Source of the DNA: Eledone cirrhosa
Lineage: Eukaryota
DNA: 64,000 bases
NCBI GenBank assembly: GCA_964016885.1
Contig: OZ024742.1
Span: forward strand, 16,368,001-16,432,000
Direction: 5' to 3'
The position numbers were made by a program, and so were the translations under genes. Below the pieces are notes generated by a model, which saw only the letters and a program-made list of their open reading frames with translations, made no database searches and was not told where the DNA came from. Shown here piece by piece: positions 28,003 through 41,258 of the stretch (position 1 is its first letter; each line of letters begins with the position of its first letter).

Positions 28003-29722
28003 AAAAATTGAACGGGAACAAAACAGAGATGCAGTACGAATAAAGGTTTATTAATTTCACACTCTTGAGAGTGGGGTGGTGGTGGGGAACGACGTTTCGG
28101 GCATAAACCCTTCTTCAGGTGAAAAGTGTGTGGGAAGAGAGTTCAAAGGGTGTGTAGGGGAGTGGTGGAGGGACATATAGCAAAATGTGGTGAGAGGAAA
28201 CGGTGCAAATGAAATTAAAAATAAAGGCATGATCAAAATAAAATTAAAATGGGGTAAAACAGGTGGTGGAGGGGTGTGGGGCGTGTAGATGGAGTGGGGA
28301 GAGGGAGACGGGGTGTCCGAGCGGGGAGGGCTGAAGGTGGTGTTTGTGTGTAGGTGTATGTGTGTGTGTGTGTGTGTGTATGTGAAAGCAAGGGTTGGGG
28401 GAAGAACGGGGTTGCATGTTCAGGAAGAGGTGTGTGTGGGGTGGGGTGTAGGTCGGAGTGTGTGTGCGTGTATGGATAGAGGGGTGGGGGGAGAGGATTC
28501 CGGAGGCTGAATGTGTAAATATGTGGTGGTACGCACGTGTGTGTGTGGTGTTTATACGTGTTGTGGATGTAGGTGGCGCGTGGGAAAAAAAATTTTTTTG
28601 GGGTGTTTGTCTGGGGTGAGTCGTAAAGGTAATTCCGTAAAAAGATGTGGTGGAATGCTGAGTAAAATCCTGGGATGCGGTAGATTCTCGGGATCAAGGT
28701 TCACATATGTGTAATCCGTGAAGAGATTGGTCGGAAGAGGGGAGATGTGGAGTGCGCGCGCAACAGGAAGTGGTCAGAGGGTCAAGGCAGGAGGAGGGTT
28801 GTGTGTCTGTGTGTGCGGGGAGGTGGTCAGAGGCAAGCAGCAGTAGGGTAGAATGGCAAGTGAAGAAAGTCGGTGTGTCAGTGTGTGCGGAGGTGCGGTG
28901 GACAGGGGAGAGGATGGGTAGGTGTGAAAGTTGGAGTGAGGAGGGTGTGTGTGTGTATTAGTAGAGGTGTTAGTGGGATGTGTGAGTGTTTGAGAAAAGG
29001 TGTGGGTGGAGCGGGGAGAGAAGGGTGTGGGGGCGGATGGAGGGAGTGTAGTGTACTGATGTGTGTGTGTGTGGTGAAGGGGGTGTTAGTGGGTGTTAGT
29101 ATACTGGAGGTGGAGAAAGGGTTGAATGCGGGTGTGAGTGGGGGTCAGTGGTGGTAGGGTGTGTAGAGTGGGTGGTGTAAGAGGGTTTGTGTGTTCGTGT
29201 GCGTAGGGTTGGGGGTGTTAGTGATGTTAGTTGCGTGTAGAGTGGGTGGTGTAAGCGGGTGTGTGTGTACGTGTGTTTGGAGTCAGGGGGTGTTAGTGAT
29301 GTTAGTTGCGGGGTGGTGGGGTGGATGTGTGGGGGTGAGGGTAGTGGTGGTAGTGGGGTGTGTGTTTAGTGTGAGCGCGTGTATATATGTACCGGTGGGT
29401 GTGTGCGTGTGATAAGGAGGGTGGAGGAGAAGAAGGGAGGGATGTTAGTATGTTAGTTGGGGAAAGGTGGTCGGATGTGGGGTGCAGGTGTTAGTATTGT
29501 TAGTTGTGGGGTGGGCGGTGAAAAGGAGGGGTGTGTTAGTGGTGTTAGTGGGGGATATGTGTGGGGGAGGGGGCGGTTGAACGCTAAAGGAATAAGGGTG
29601 GGGAGTTCAGGCCGGGGGAAGCGTGGGTCTGTAGGGTGAAGATGGTTCGTTGTTCGACCCTTAGGAGATTGGCGGGTGTTCCGTGGCATTGGAGTAGGCC
29701 ACAGACTGTAAGATGGTGTGCA
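28003..29722 (-). mobile_element. 3' fragment of another PLE (GIY-YIG tail, long CA-rich 3' UTR, HHR)
   Basis: 29600-29722 encodes HHLTVCGLL..LLRVEQRTIFTLQTHASPGLN (E..I..L.T..P.GLN PLE terminus); HHR core CTGAAGA-AGGG..GCCC-GAAACGTC at 28084-28126. Confidence 0.72.
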
Positions 29723-30251
29723 ATATATATATATATGGGGGGGGGTGCGCGTGTGTGTGTGTGAGTGTGTGTGTTTGTGAATGTGTCTGTTGACATTTGG
29801 AATATAGCTTATGATAGGCATTCAATAATTTGAACTGGTCTATAGAATTCTCTAGGCCTTTGTCACTCTAAGTAGAACCTTAAAGAATTAGCTTTTAAAG
29901 AATTTCCCTTTTCTTTAAATCCATCAACCATGACTGACCCCCAACGAACTTATAGACACCTGAAATATAGGCATTGTTAGCTTAAGAGAAACTTAAAAAT
30001 AAGGAGTGGCGCCCCATTCTGAACTTGTTCATAGAATTCTTTCTGCCTTTGTTACTCTAAATATAAATTATAGCTTTAAAGAATTAGCTTTTAATGAATT
30101 CCCTTTTCCATCAACCAATGACCTCTACCTGTCCTACTCCCTACCCTCTCCTACCACACGAAGAGAGCTATAAATACCATATTTATTTTTTGATACCCAG
30201 ATTCCTAAAGAATGAAACAGTTCTAGTCCTGTAGAATCTCATCTATATTAA

Positions 30252-30363
<112 letters not shown>

Positions 30364-32176
30364 TGTGTGTGTGTTTGTGTGTGTGTTTGAGCGTGTGTGT
30401 ATATATGCGTGCGTATTTGTGTGTAAGCAAACACATACAAAAATATACTGGCAAAAACCAACGTATAAAACAAATCTTGAAAACACTCAACATAAAACCA
30501 TGCAGGCGTAGTATAACATTCGCGATTATATAAAAACAATGTGTATGGCATGTTGTGAACTTATATGTCATACGAGCTGAATATTTAAAAGTTTCTAAAT
30601 TTCGTTGTTGTTGAATGGATCAATAGAAGTAGATTACTACCGCGTAACCTATATATCTATTTACATAATTAGCTTACTCACATGCTACATAACTATCTGT
30701 CTATCTATCTATATATCTATCTCTCTATTGTTTGAGGCTTTTTTAAGTTCTTTCGAACATGTATATATGTGCGTGAACATGTATACATGTATGAAAACAC
30801 ACAGACACACAAACACATACATGCTTGCGTTAAATACATCCATACGTACACACACACACACATATATATATATACATATATGAAAGCACACACACTTATA
30901 TGGGTATATACATTCATAGATGTATGCATATATCTGTATACACGTGTTGTGTATGTAGGTGCATGTGTAAATATTATTTATGTCTTTGTATATAATCAAA
31001 CCAAAGAGAACAATATTGGCAAGATTTGACTACAAAAAACTCAATCTGGAACATACACCGAATTATGCATGCAACTATTTGTATATATATATATATCTAT
31101 ATCTATATATATAAAGGGAAGATGGACATTGTTTGGTGTTCCGAACTTGTATGCTGCACCGTTCATCCAATTTTCATGAAACCTCACACATATATTAAAC
31201 TCAACGCGTAGAGTGGAATAGGCTACTTGAAATTTTCGAAAGATCGATAATCGGGCTCTATGACAGAATATTTTTCGATTCCAATGAAATTTTATGTGAA
31301 TTCGAACACAAGAACTCTTAGTTTACATCTGGCGCAATAAAAATAAATTTCATATGCCAATATAAGGACGTGCGTTATTGATTGGACGGCCAGCTGCATG
31401 TCTTCCCAGCTGTCTCAGTAAACGACCAACCATTAAAGAGTTAATCTTTTCATATTCCACCTTATTCAAGTGGAAATACAGTATTATCCCTATCTGAAAA
31501 GGGAACCAAATTTAATGGTGTCTTTTGTGATGCTAAAAGCTGTGAGTAAATTTTTAAACAGTCTTAAATAATCATGCTTTTTGAAAAAAAAAATTACTAA
31601 ATAATACGTTGACCAAGTTGTATTGTACACATACAAAGTTGTAAAAAATGTTACGTACGTACAAATGTTTTCCTTTTTTAAACAAAAGATTCTAAAAAAT
31701 TACTTAATTTATAATACAATCTTTTGCACAGAAATTGAGTAACTTTTCGGGTGTTTAAACGTAAGTTCACCAGGGTTTGTGTCTTCATTATTAGCCCACC
31801 TCTAATGGCATTTTTTGTTCTGCTTACGACTAAATGTTATGAGCGTATTTGCAATTAATTGCGCACACGTGCACACCTGCATGCAGATAGACACTGACAG
31901 CCAATAAAAAATCGATAACTTGTTTATTAAGATATCGCTCAAAAAGAGAGATTGAATGTACTTTAGAACATTTTTTGAATATATTGTTCTTTTTGGCATG
32001 ATATGTCAGAAATATAGCTACTATACACCTTGGTTATTTTTTGTAACTAAAAAACGGTTCCTTTTGGGTGGATACTTAACGAGAACAATCCTAGGGTTTG
32101 GACAAGTTTGTTTCAGGCGCTGTATAGACGCCTATTTTGTCCCACCTTGGTCATGAATTCGTATTCTTTTCCAATA

Positions 32177-32431
32177 GATATTTTCCGCTCTATAAGGCTC
32201 ACCAGGATATAAGGCGTATCATTTAAAATCAGGTCCGCGCAACGGCGTGTAAGGCCAACCAGGAAAATGCTATCTTCTTTACTTTTAGCCTAGATCTATT
32301 ACTGCTGTTAGAGCCGTGATTGATTGCCATTGTATTATTTATACATAAGGCTCACCGGAGTATAAAGCGCAGAGCTGTTTTTTGATTAAATTTAATTATT
32401 TTAAGTGCAATTTATAGACCGGAAAATTCGG
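32177..32431. mobile_element. pogo/mariner-like MITE nested in the Helitron
   Basis: Imperfect TIRs ATTTTCCGCTCTATAAG / TTATAGACCGGAAAATTCGG-TA; internal ATAAGGCTCACC repeats. Confidence 0.55.
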
Positions 32432-32555
32432 TAAGTTATTGTAATCATATTTCCAAACCTTCCCATTCACCAGTAACCATGCTAACGAATCTGGTGTCAT
32501 CTCTCTCTGTATTTAATCACCTCTCTCTAACCTAACAGCTTCGTTACACGTCGTT

Positions 32556-33040
32556 ATGCCCACACGGAAACGTTCAAGACTTACCTCCAAAAAAGGTACA
32601 GCTACTGCTTTGAGACAACGAATTAGGCGTTCTCAGGTATGAGTTCATTCACAATTGATTAATCCTTTATGCAATATTCTCCCTTAATGTTAGCAAGTAC
32701 TGCGTTTATCCTAACTGTCACCACTTTTAAGCAACTACAACATTCTAATCGTAGTTATATTAAATTTATTGTCTTACCTTGATTCCCTTTTGTTCATGTT
32801 AGACTTTTCTCATTTACTATTGACACTGCCATTGGCTTAGCTAACCAGTAGAATTAATTAATTTTCTCTAGGAAACACCTGCTGAGCGCGAATCTCGACT
32901 CGCTGATAGACGTCTTTCCCGGCTGGTTGAGTAACCAACATCACGTACGACAAGGCTTGCTGATGTTCGCCTTCGTCCCAACAAGCGCTGACGGAGGAAT
33001 CACCAACATCCCGTCAGACGAGGCTTGAGGCTGTGGCAAA
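32556..33040 (+). pseudogene. Helitron RepHel N-terminal remnant with a phase-0 GT-AG intron (32637-32871)
   Basis: Exon 1 MPTRKRSRLTSKKGTATALRQRIRRSQ splices in frame to ETPAERESRLADRRLSRLVE*, an ET.E.R..RL repeat typical of Helitron N-termini. Confidence 0.7.
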
Positions 33041-33781
33041 GGGCAATAACCCTAGATACAATTTTGATCAACTTTTTTTCACCTATAGCAAATTTACCGG
33101 GACAGGTCTTTAGCTACTCAAATCTACTTCAGAGATCACGCATTGATGTAAAAAATCAATAAAACTGAAGCGGGGCTCGACTTTGCGCAAAAAAACTAGG
33201 CAAAATTACACATGGGAAAACTTTTTACAGGAACGTCCTATATTCTTGAAAACTGTCACAAAAGACTCGCCATTATGCCGCGGTTAAGATAAAGGCCCTT
33301 TTAATTCTTCTTCTGCACATGTGAGCGGAAAAATCGTTTAAAAAAAAAAACCTGAAAGTAATCGACATTTTAAACCCTGCTTTAAATTAACTGAACATTC
33401 AATATCAAGCGATTTTGACTTCCGTCAGTCGTGCAGAGAACAATTTCAACGATACACTGTGTAACTACAATTAATAAATTACACACCTGTGTCTACTAAC
33501 TTATTTCTTTTCATTGAAGTTCGAAGTTTTGAACCTGTGATGCGCGAGAAGTAACTTTCACACATTCTAACAGACCAAAGGTCGACTTACACCCGGTGCA
33601 TCGCCGGGTACTTCTGCTAGTATATATATATATTTAAGAATATTTTCGAGACAGATACCGGGTTTGAAATTATTATAAATGCAAGCTATCGCCGTATTTT
33701 GACTAAAGAAATTAAAGAAATTATTTAGCCTGATAGTGGGGTTAAGAACCCTTGGAGAAATGGAAAAAGATGAATATTGAC

Positions 33782-33838
<57 letters not shown>

Positions 33839-33840
33839 AA

Positions 33841-33877
<37 letters not shown>

Positions 33878-33880
<3 letters not shown>

Positions 33881-34734
33881 TTAAAGTATATGATAAACAC
33901 GAAATGTGTTTACATTGCAACAGACAAAGTTAGCCATTAATGAAATAAACTAATAAAAGTGAATACAATTTGTCTGCCTCGATACAAGTCAATAAAGACA
34001 AGCTTATATTGGCAACTGCCATGATTCCTGGACATATTAAAATTCCCACATTCACGGTGCTAGAAATAACAGCCGCTTATGCAGGATTAAGGATCAGCTC
34101 TTACAATAACTGCTCGGAAGAGCCCCTTCCTGGAGCTTAATTATTGTAAACGACTGAGAGTTTATTCTCAAAATATAATATAATGTATAGCTCCTTTATT
34201 GTAAGAGCTGATCCTTAATCCTGCATAAGCGGCTGTTATTTCTAGCACCGTGAATGTGGGATAGCTAGTTTTGGCCTGCCTACCCACGTGTAGTCAGTCC
34301 TGCAAAATTTTTGATGTGAGATAGGCTAATCTTACTGGATTCCTGTTGATATGCACAGATGATTTGGATATTTCACTCTTTTATTTCTATTCCATTTCGA
34401 TTCTCTTTATTTTTCAATTCACATTCCACCATTGCGAAACTTATTTGGGTTTCGAGGTTCAAATTCGTCTACAGAACAGGTTTGAATTTTGAAATTTAAA
34501 TATGTCCAGGAATCATGGCAGTTGCCAATATAAGCTTGTCTTTATTGACTTGTATCGAGACAGACAAATTGTATTCACTTTTATTAGTTTATTTCATTAA
34601 TGGCTAACTTTGTCTGTTACAATGTAAACACATTTCGTGTTTATCATATACTTTAAATGTATTTAACTGCTCGGAAGAGCCCCTTCCTGGAGCTTAATTA
34701 TTGTAAACGACTGAGAGTTTATTCTCAAAATATA

Positions 34735-34742
<8 letters not shown>
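33878..34742. repeat. ~557-bp unit with terminal direct repeat and two inverted fragments (PLE-like rearrangement)
   Basis: 34108-34185 = 34665-34742; 33878-34040 inverts 34500-34660; 34044-34109 inverts 34197-34261. Confidence 0.75.
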
Positions 34743-34816
<74 letters not shown>

Positions 34817-34828
34817 TATATATATATA

Positions 34829-35067
34829 CAGTCTATCATATACTACACATATATATTTATATCCGTATTTTTAACTGCTGGTCAATCAATGATAAACATT
34901 GATTGCCAAATAAATTAACTATGGAAATATAAAAGATACAGAAGCGAAAACCAACCAAACAGTGAGTGTGTTCTGTCATTATTTCTGGCAATATCATTAC
35001 AACAATATGACCCTCCCCAAGTATAACAATCCTTGCTTCAACAAAAACCTTGCAAATCAAATTCATA
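34829..35067 (+). mobile_element. Solo PLE pLTR tail ending in the first ORF codons (MTLPKYNN)
   Basis: Matches 427-610 and 10717-11010; bounded by (TA)n. Confidence 0.75.
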
Positions 35068-35277
35068 TATATATATATATATAACGAAGGAATGGTGGTA
35101 AGGAAACATATGGACCATAACGCACTAGAGTACTCAATACTTAGGGTAGTAGAGTGGGTAATAGGAAAAAGTATGACCCTGACGGCAGATCTCAAGGCTA
35201 TTTCTGGATTATTTCTGCCTTTCGTCCAGAAATAGCCGTCGAAACGGCTTGAGCTCTGCGGTCGGGGTTATACTTTT

Positions 35278-35386
<109 letters not shown>

Positions 35387-35515
35387 AATAAGATTTCTAT
35401 ACAAATCTGTATAGAAATTTCGTATTTCTAAAGAAACACGATTTTAGGAAGACGTGGCTATGCAAACACCGGGGCTAACGCCCTATGGTGGTGTCCAGCA
35501 GAAGCAAGGGAGACA

Positions 35516-35559
35516 ACCGTCTATGCATTTCTGGCTTGACTGGCCTTCTTCAGGACGGT
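35516..35559 (-). ncRNA. Intact minimal type I hammerhead ribozyme in a 315-bp island (35383-35697) between (TA)n tracts
   Basis: ACCGTC-CTGAAGA-AGGC..GCCA-GAAA-TGCA-TA-GACGGT; 6-bp stem I (extendable GGGAG/CTCCC), palindromic TGCA. Confidence 0.88.
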
Positions 35560-35694
35560 CCCTCCCACCGCTTGCAACTGCTGAACTTGAAAACAGTTGA
35601 GAATATATAGTTTTTTCGTCTCTGTAAATGAGGTGATTAATCTCATTTGCATATGAAGCTGCATAAGCTGGCTCACCTTATAAATAGAAAATAA

Positions 35695-35766
<72 letters not shown>

Positions 35767-35809
35767 ATAATAATAAATTTGAAGACTAAAATCCAAAGAG
35801 GGCTCGATA

Positions 35810-37712
35810 AGGATAAATATATGTTATTGAGACACGAGTAACATAATAATGATGTCAACAGCAGAAATTAGGGATGAAATGTATGTTTATTTTTGTTGTA
35901 GCACAAATAATGTTGGTTAACTTGTATGGTTGAAGTTACACATAAAAATGAGGTTACAAAAGGGAATGTGCCATTGCGCCGGAAAGCCGGCAGGTTATGG
36001 TGCAAAACCTCAACGTCACATGTACGTGTTGCTGGTTCGAAGTTCCTGGTGCGAGAGAGAGATTCTTCAAATCTTCGCGGGTAATTTCTCCCTCAGGACG
36101 CGTAGGGATACATCCTCTTCTACTGGCGGCGCTGATTGGCTGAGCTGAGCCAAATCACGCACAGAGAATGTATGTGAGCCCGCGGAATGTACGTCACTAC
36201 AATACTCCCCTCCTAGACGGAAGTCGATACAGATTAGTGAATCAGCAAGAACAAATGCTGAAAGAGCACATCAGTGAAAAAATAATTGAGCAGAAGGATG
36301 CATGCAAGAAAAAAAATGAGGCGCTAAGGGCCGTGTTGAGCCGCTGTGTCAAATTACTAGCTGTTTTGTAGTTTATACGTGACCACCAAAGGTCTAACAG
36401 AAAACGGATGAAGTCTGACATGGGCGAAGTTGCTGTTCTTGCATTAAATGTTAATGGTAAGTATTGTACCAGTAGCTGTGGATGAAGCTATTATGGTAGT
36501 TTACTAGTGCTGGCAAGAAGATGATGGGTAGGCGAGAAAATGTTGGCCTCCCAGATGTATTGCCAAATGTGCTAGGGAGCCAGGAAAAAATGGCTGGTTG
36601 CTTTGAAAAGAAAAAAAACAAGTTGAATCTGGAGGTGGGTTGCAGTTCCATAATTCGGGCGAATCCACAGAAGTGGTGGAAATGCTGACAAGTCCAGTTC
36701 TATTTGTTGTTATCCCAGTGAGTTGGGTAAGGTAACAACATAGAGGTTGTTATGGACGATGAGTGTGCAACGAGATGCGAAACTGTTTGAGTTTAGCTGC
36801 AATTAGCATTCTCGTGTTGCGGTGCCTGTTTGAATCCAGGTGAATTAAACTCTATGAGTCGCTAGCATGTGACGGCACCTCAACCAGGGGAAAAGGGATC
36901 TCGCAGAATATTACGTTTGAAGAACATATACTAAGAACAACATGTTGGTAGGTGACAAAGAAATGTGTGCATATGCAGGCATGTAAAACAGCAAAGAATG
37001 TGAATGAATAGAACCATGAGTAAGCAAATAGCAAAAGAGCACGAAACAAGTAAATGCATTTTACAAAGAAATATGTGAATGTAACAAACTGATAATTCAA
37101 AGTCAATATAAGGGAGCAGAGAAATTAATGCTCAATGATAAGTTCAAAGTTTTTCAAAGTCAAATAGTTCACACATCACCAGTGTACAGACTTTCTGACA
37201 CTAGTTCTATCTGAAAACTGAAAAAGAAGTTTGTTAATGCCACTAGGGGTTAGGTGTATATTGTTTTTGAGAGTTTTCGTGGCCATTTTACCGTCCTGCC
37301 ACCTTGTGTGACATAGGGCTGTGTTGTTTGTTTGTATTGCAGGAAGCCGTATCGAAAGAAAAAAAAAATGTCTCCGGGCTATAATTTTGAAAATACATGT
37401 GAAAGCATAGAAGTAAACAATATGATGTGTGGTGGTTGCGTCGGTAAGGCTATGAAGCTGCCATATCACAATTCCCTGTTGTTTGTTAGTGGTTAAACAT
37501 ATTGTCGCTGCTGCTGCTGCTGTTGTTGTTTACAATATTCCTCACGTCAGGTCACCAATTTTGGCAGCATGGTGTATAAATGTTATTGAGACACGACCAA
37601 CATTATTTGTGCTACAACAAAAATAAACATACATTTCATCCCTAATTTCTGCTGTTGACATCATTATTATGTTACTCGTGTCTCAATAACATTTATAATC
37701 CATGCTGCTAAA
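35810..37712 (-). mobile_element. Internally deleted Gypsy-type LTR retrotransposon (3' LTR about 36201-35810, PPT, PBS, partial and inverted 5' LTR)
   Basis: Minus strand PPT AGGAGGGGAGTAT followed by TGTAGTGAC at 36201; AATAAA near the LTR end; PBS TGGTGACCTGACGTGA at 37542-37557 directly after an LTR-end copy. Confidence 0.7.
37542..37557 (-). promoter_or_regulatory. Primer-binding site complementary to the tRNA-Trp 3' end
   Basis: TGGTGACCTGACGTGA versus expected TGGTGACCCCGACGTGA. Confidence 0.7.
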
Positions 37713-38083
37713 TATATCAAATATATAAGAACCGTAGAGCAAAAATTTATTAAAATAACAGATTAAAGTTTAAGCAAAGAATCGCTGCTTTCACCCTTAA
37801 CGGGATCTTCTGAAACTAGAAAAATCAATCTGTGAAAGCAGAAGTAAATATTTCAAAAAACGTTGCAACCGAAGGAAGACAGTAAGGCGATACTTTGGTT
37901 CATGGAGACGTTCTCTGGCAATGAACGGAAATAATACGTCATTATGTGGAGCGGGGAGAACAATTACACGCAAAGACAAAACCACGTAAATGGTATAACA
38001 GAAGTCGTAGACTAAAATTCTATTTAGGAACCCAAATGATTCTCGGCTACAGAGTTAAGAATAAAGTAAATAAAATACATATA

Positions 38084-39354
38084 CAGCGGTTGGACAAAAT
38101 AATGGAAACAACTAGCATCATAGCATCATAATTTTGAAATATCTCTAAAACCGTCAAAAGCTTGTTTATTTTTATGTTTTTTTATTTATTATTAGTGTTG
38201 TTTAATATGTTTTGTTAAAATTGCTGTTTCTTTTCAGATATCATCAGAAAAAGGTAATTAAAATTCATTAAAATGACAGATCTATTGGACTTTCAAAGAG
38301 GTCAAATTGTTGGTGAGCGTATGGCAGGCGCTAGCGTAACGAAAACAGTAAAAATGTTTGGTGTATCAAGAAGTACTGTCTCGAAAGTAATGGCAGCCTT
38401 TGAGAAAGAGGGAAAAACCTCCTCGTCGAAACAAAACTCCGGAAGAAAACCAAAACTTTCAGATAGGGACCGTCGGACTCTTACGCGAAATGCTAGAAAG
38501 GATCACAAAAGTACAGCTCCCAAAATTATTGCAGAGCTTAATAACCACCCCGAGAACCCAGTTTCCACAAAAACTGTTCGCCGGGAGCTGCACAAAGCCG
38601 GATTTCACGGGAGGGCTGCAATCAGAAAACCACTACTTTCAAAAACAAACGTTACAAAGCGTTTAAAGTGGAGTAAAAACCTACAGAATTGGTCCCTAGA
38701 GCAGTGGAAGAATGTTATTTTCTCGGACGAGTCATCCGTTACCTTATTTCCGACCACCGGCCGAGTATAAGTGTGGAGACAGCCAAAAGAAGCATTTGAC
38801 ACAGACTGCCTTCTTCCAACTGTTAAACATGGAGGAGGATCTGTGATGATCTGGGGGTCTATATCTTGGAAATCCACCGGCCCAATGGTTTCCCTTCATG
38901 GCAGAATTAATAGTCAAGACTATTTAAGCATTTTATCTTATCAAATTCATCCTATGGTTGCGGAACTGTTTCTGGGGGAAAACGCAATCTTTTAGGATGA
39001 TAATGCACCAATTCACACAGCTAAAGTTGTTACTGAATGGCACGAGGAACATTCTAGTGAAGTTGAACATCTTATCTGGCCACCACAGTCCCCAGATCTC
39101 AATATTATTGAACATTTATGGTGCATTTTAGAAAAACAATTAAGGCGTCGATATCCTCCACCATCATCACTACAAGAACTGGAGACTGTTTTAGCTGAAG
39201 AATGGACAAAAATTCCTTTGGAAACAATTCAAACCTTGTACAAGTCCATACCTCGTAGAATTCAAGCTGTAATTACTGCCAAAGGCGGTCCTACCCCATA
39301 TTAAAATAAATGTTTGAAATTTTAAGGTGTTTCCATTATTTTGTCCAACTCCTG
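38084..39354 (+). mobile_element. Full-length Tc1 DNA transposon (1271 bp)
   Basis: TIRs CAGCGGTTGGACAAAATAATGGAAACA / TGTTTCCATTATTTTGTCCAACTCCTG, TA target duplication on both sides. Confidence 0.95.
38273..39304 (+). pseudogene. Tc1 DD34E transposase with two nonsense codons
   Basis: GRKPK, FSDES, KHGGGSVMIWG, F*DDNAPIH, SPDLNIIEHLW, GGPTPY*; in-frame stops at 38768 and 38993. Confidence 0.93.
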
Positions 39355-39639
39355 TATATATATAATTGTTCGTATGTGTCTTTATGTGTGTATATGTATA
39401 TATATGTATAATGTATATATATATGTATATATATGTATATACATGTATATATGTGAAGAAGGTTCACATCTTTAATTCCAGCAACGTGTTTAATAGTGGG
39501 CAGAAGGAGAAATGCTGCTCTATATCATAGATGGTATCTGTAGCTTGTCCAGTTTTAATGAATTGCTAACATTCCACTCCAACTCCATATGGGCCAGTTG
39601 TGAGTCTAAAATAAACAATGTGAACAAACATTTTAAAGT

Positions 39640-40150
39640 CAATCTTTAGAACAAGCAGTATGGCTCTCAGCCTTCCAGTTTTACTGCTGACATATAACCA
39701 TCACTCATTGTTTAATTAATGCAATTGATGGCAGCGTTGATGTTCATGTTATTGTCTTAGATATCTCTAAAGTGTTTAACAAGTTATTGCATGAAGAATT
39801 GCTTTTTGAATTTAATAGCTGTGGAGTCCTATTATACCTCCATTGAACAGGAAGACGTCTTAACATTACTGTCAACGGTTAATCCTGTTATATTTATTAA
39901 CTGAATGCAACTGTGCCTCTGGAATATATCATGCGACTGTACGCTTTTCTATTTGTTTAGCAATGATTTACTTGAGATTGTCATAATATATTTTATTAAC
40001 ACAGTTGTTGATCATATACATTTTACACTGTTACTTCTAGTAATGTAACAGACTTGGGCCGATTGTTTCAGTGGCTTGACTGAGATCTTTTATTAGGGAA
40101 ACATAGCGTAATACATTTAATACTTCCAAACAACCATCGCCTATATGAAA
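39640..40150 (+). pseudogene. Highly degenerate CR1/L2/Jockey-type RT fragment
   Basis: DVHVIVLDISKVFNKLLHEELLFEF resembles the LDISKAFD.V.H..LL.KL motif. Confidence 0.55.
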
Positions 40151-41016
40151 CTCACAACCTTCCTCTTATTAAAATGGATAGGACTGGTTAATGAAGAGTT
40201 CAAGAGGAGCCAACGCCTCGAGTTTTAAGGCGTCTTACATTAACACAGATTACATTGGATTGGGTAACTTGTACGAATGTGAGATTGGAGTCCCGAAGCT
40301 TTTGATGTATGGTTAGTCCATAAGGGAAACATCCTTAGCACAAATATAGAGTGTAGGTTAACGATGTATCGTTTAAAATACAAGAGGACGATAATTAGGA
40401 AATAATTGCTTTTCATCACCATCATTGGAGAAAATGGAAAAAAGGAAAAAAATGATGCTGCAGATGACGCATCTCTCATGCCAAATTTAAATAGGCTGCA
40501 GGAAAAAGCAGGATTTATGAGGTAAATGTGGTATACTTGTTCTGTGGCATTTGTGGTCGTTTTCCAAAGACTGGCCTGATTAGCAACCAATGAATTCATA
40601 AAGCCATTCAAAGTTTGCCTCAGGACATGTAGTCTATGTGGAAAGGTCTGCAAATCTATTGGTGTATTACAAAAACAATGCTATCCATCAGAACACACAT
40701 CTTTATACTGTATATATGTAGTTTTATTTGTAAAACTTGTCAAAGGTTTCTGTGGTATAAACAGACAAAAGAACCTACGATTCTTATTAATAGACAATGA
40801 GGATCTTCTTGGACACGAATGAACAAACATTGATGTATGTATGTATGTAATATTTATGTAATAAGCACACACAAACACACACATATATATATATATATAT
40901 GAATGTATATATATATATATATATTTAAAGGTTAAACAAGGTTCAATGAATAAATCAAAGAATGAGTTTTACAATAGATTTGAACCACTCAACAGAATGG
41001 TTTAACGGAGTTATTA

Positions 41017-41170
41017 ATATTAATTCAAAATATTAACAAAAATAGACATTCGTGTGATCAAGTATATTTTATTATACATATTTCAGAGGTACTGAGCTAT
41101 CCTCAACAGTACGCCCTCATAATAAAATATACTTGATCACACGAATGTCTATTTTTGTTAATATTTTGAA

Positions 41171-41177
<7 letters not shown>
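41017..41177. repeat. 59-bp perfect inverted repeat enclosing a 5'-truncated HHR
   Basis: Arms 41017-41075 and 41119-41177; minus-strand spacer ATGA-GGGCGTACTG..CAGTACCTCT-GAAA-TATG-TA. Confidence 0.75.

Positions 41178-41253
<76 letters not shown>

Positions 41254-41258
<5 letters not shown>

Larger units (their letters stand above)
31102..33620 (+). mobile_element. Non-autonomous Helitron
   Basis: 5' TCTATATATATAAA after an A; 3' hairpin ACCCGG-TGCATCG-CCGGGT followed by CTAG|T at 33617-33621; contains a Rep N-terminal remnant. Confidence 0.82.

Noticed and set aside
28233-29821. Pro/His- or Gly/Val-rich ORFs
   Set aside because: Low-complexity GT-rich PLE 3' region; only the peptide at 29600-29722 is meaningful.
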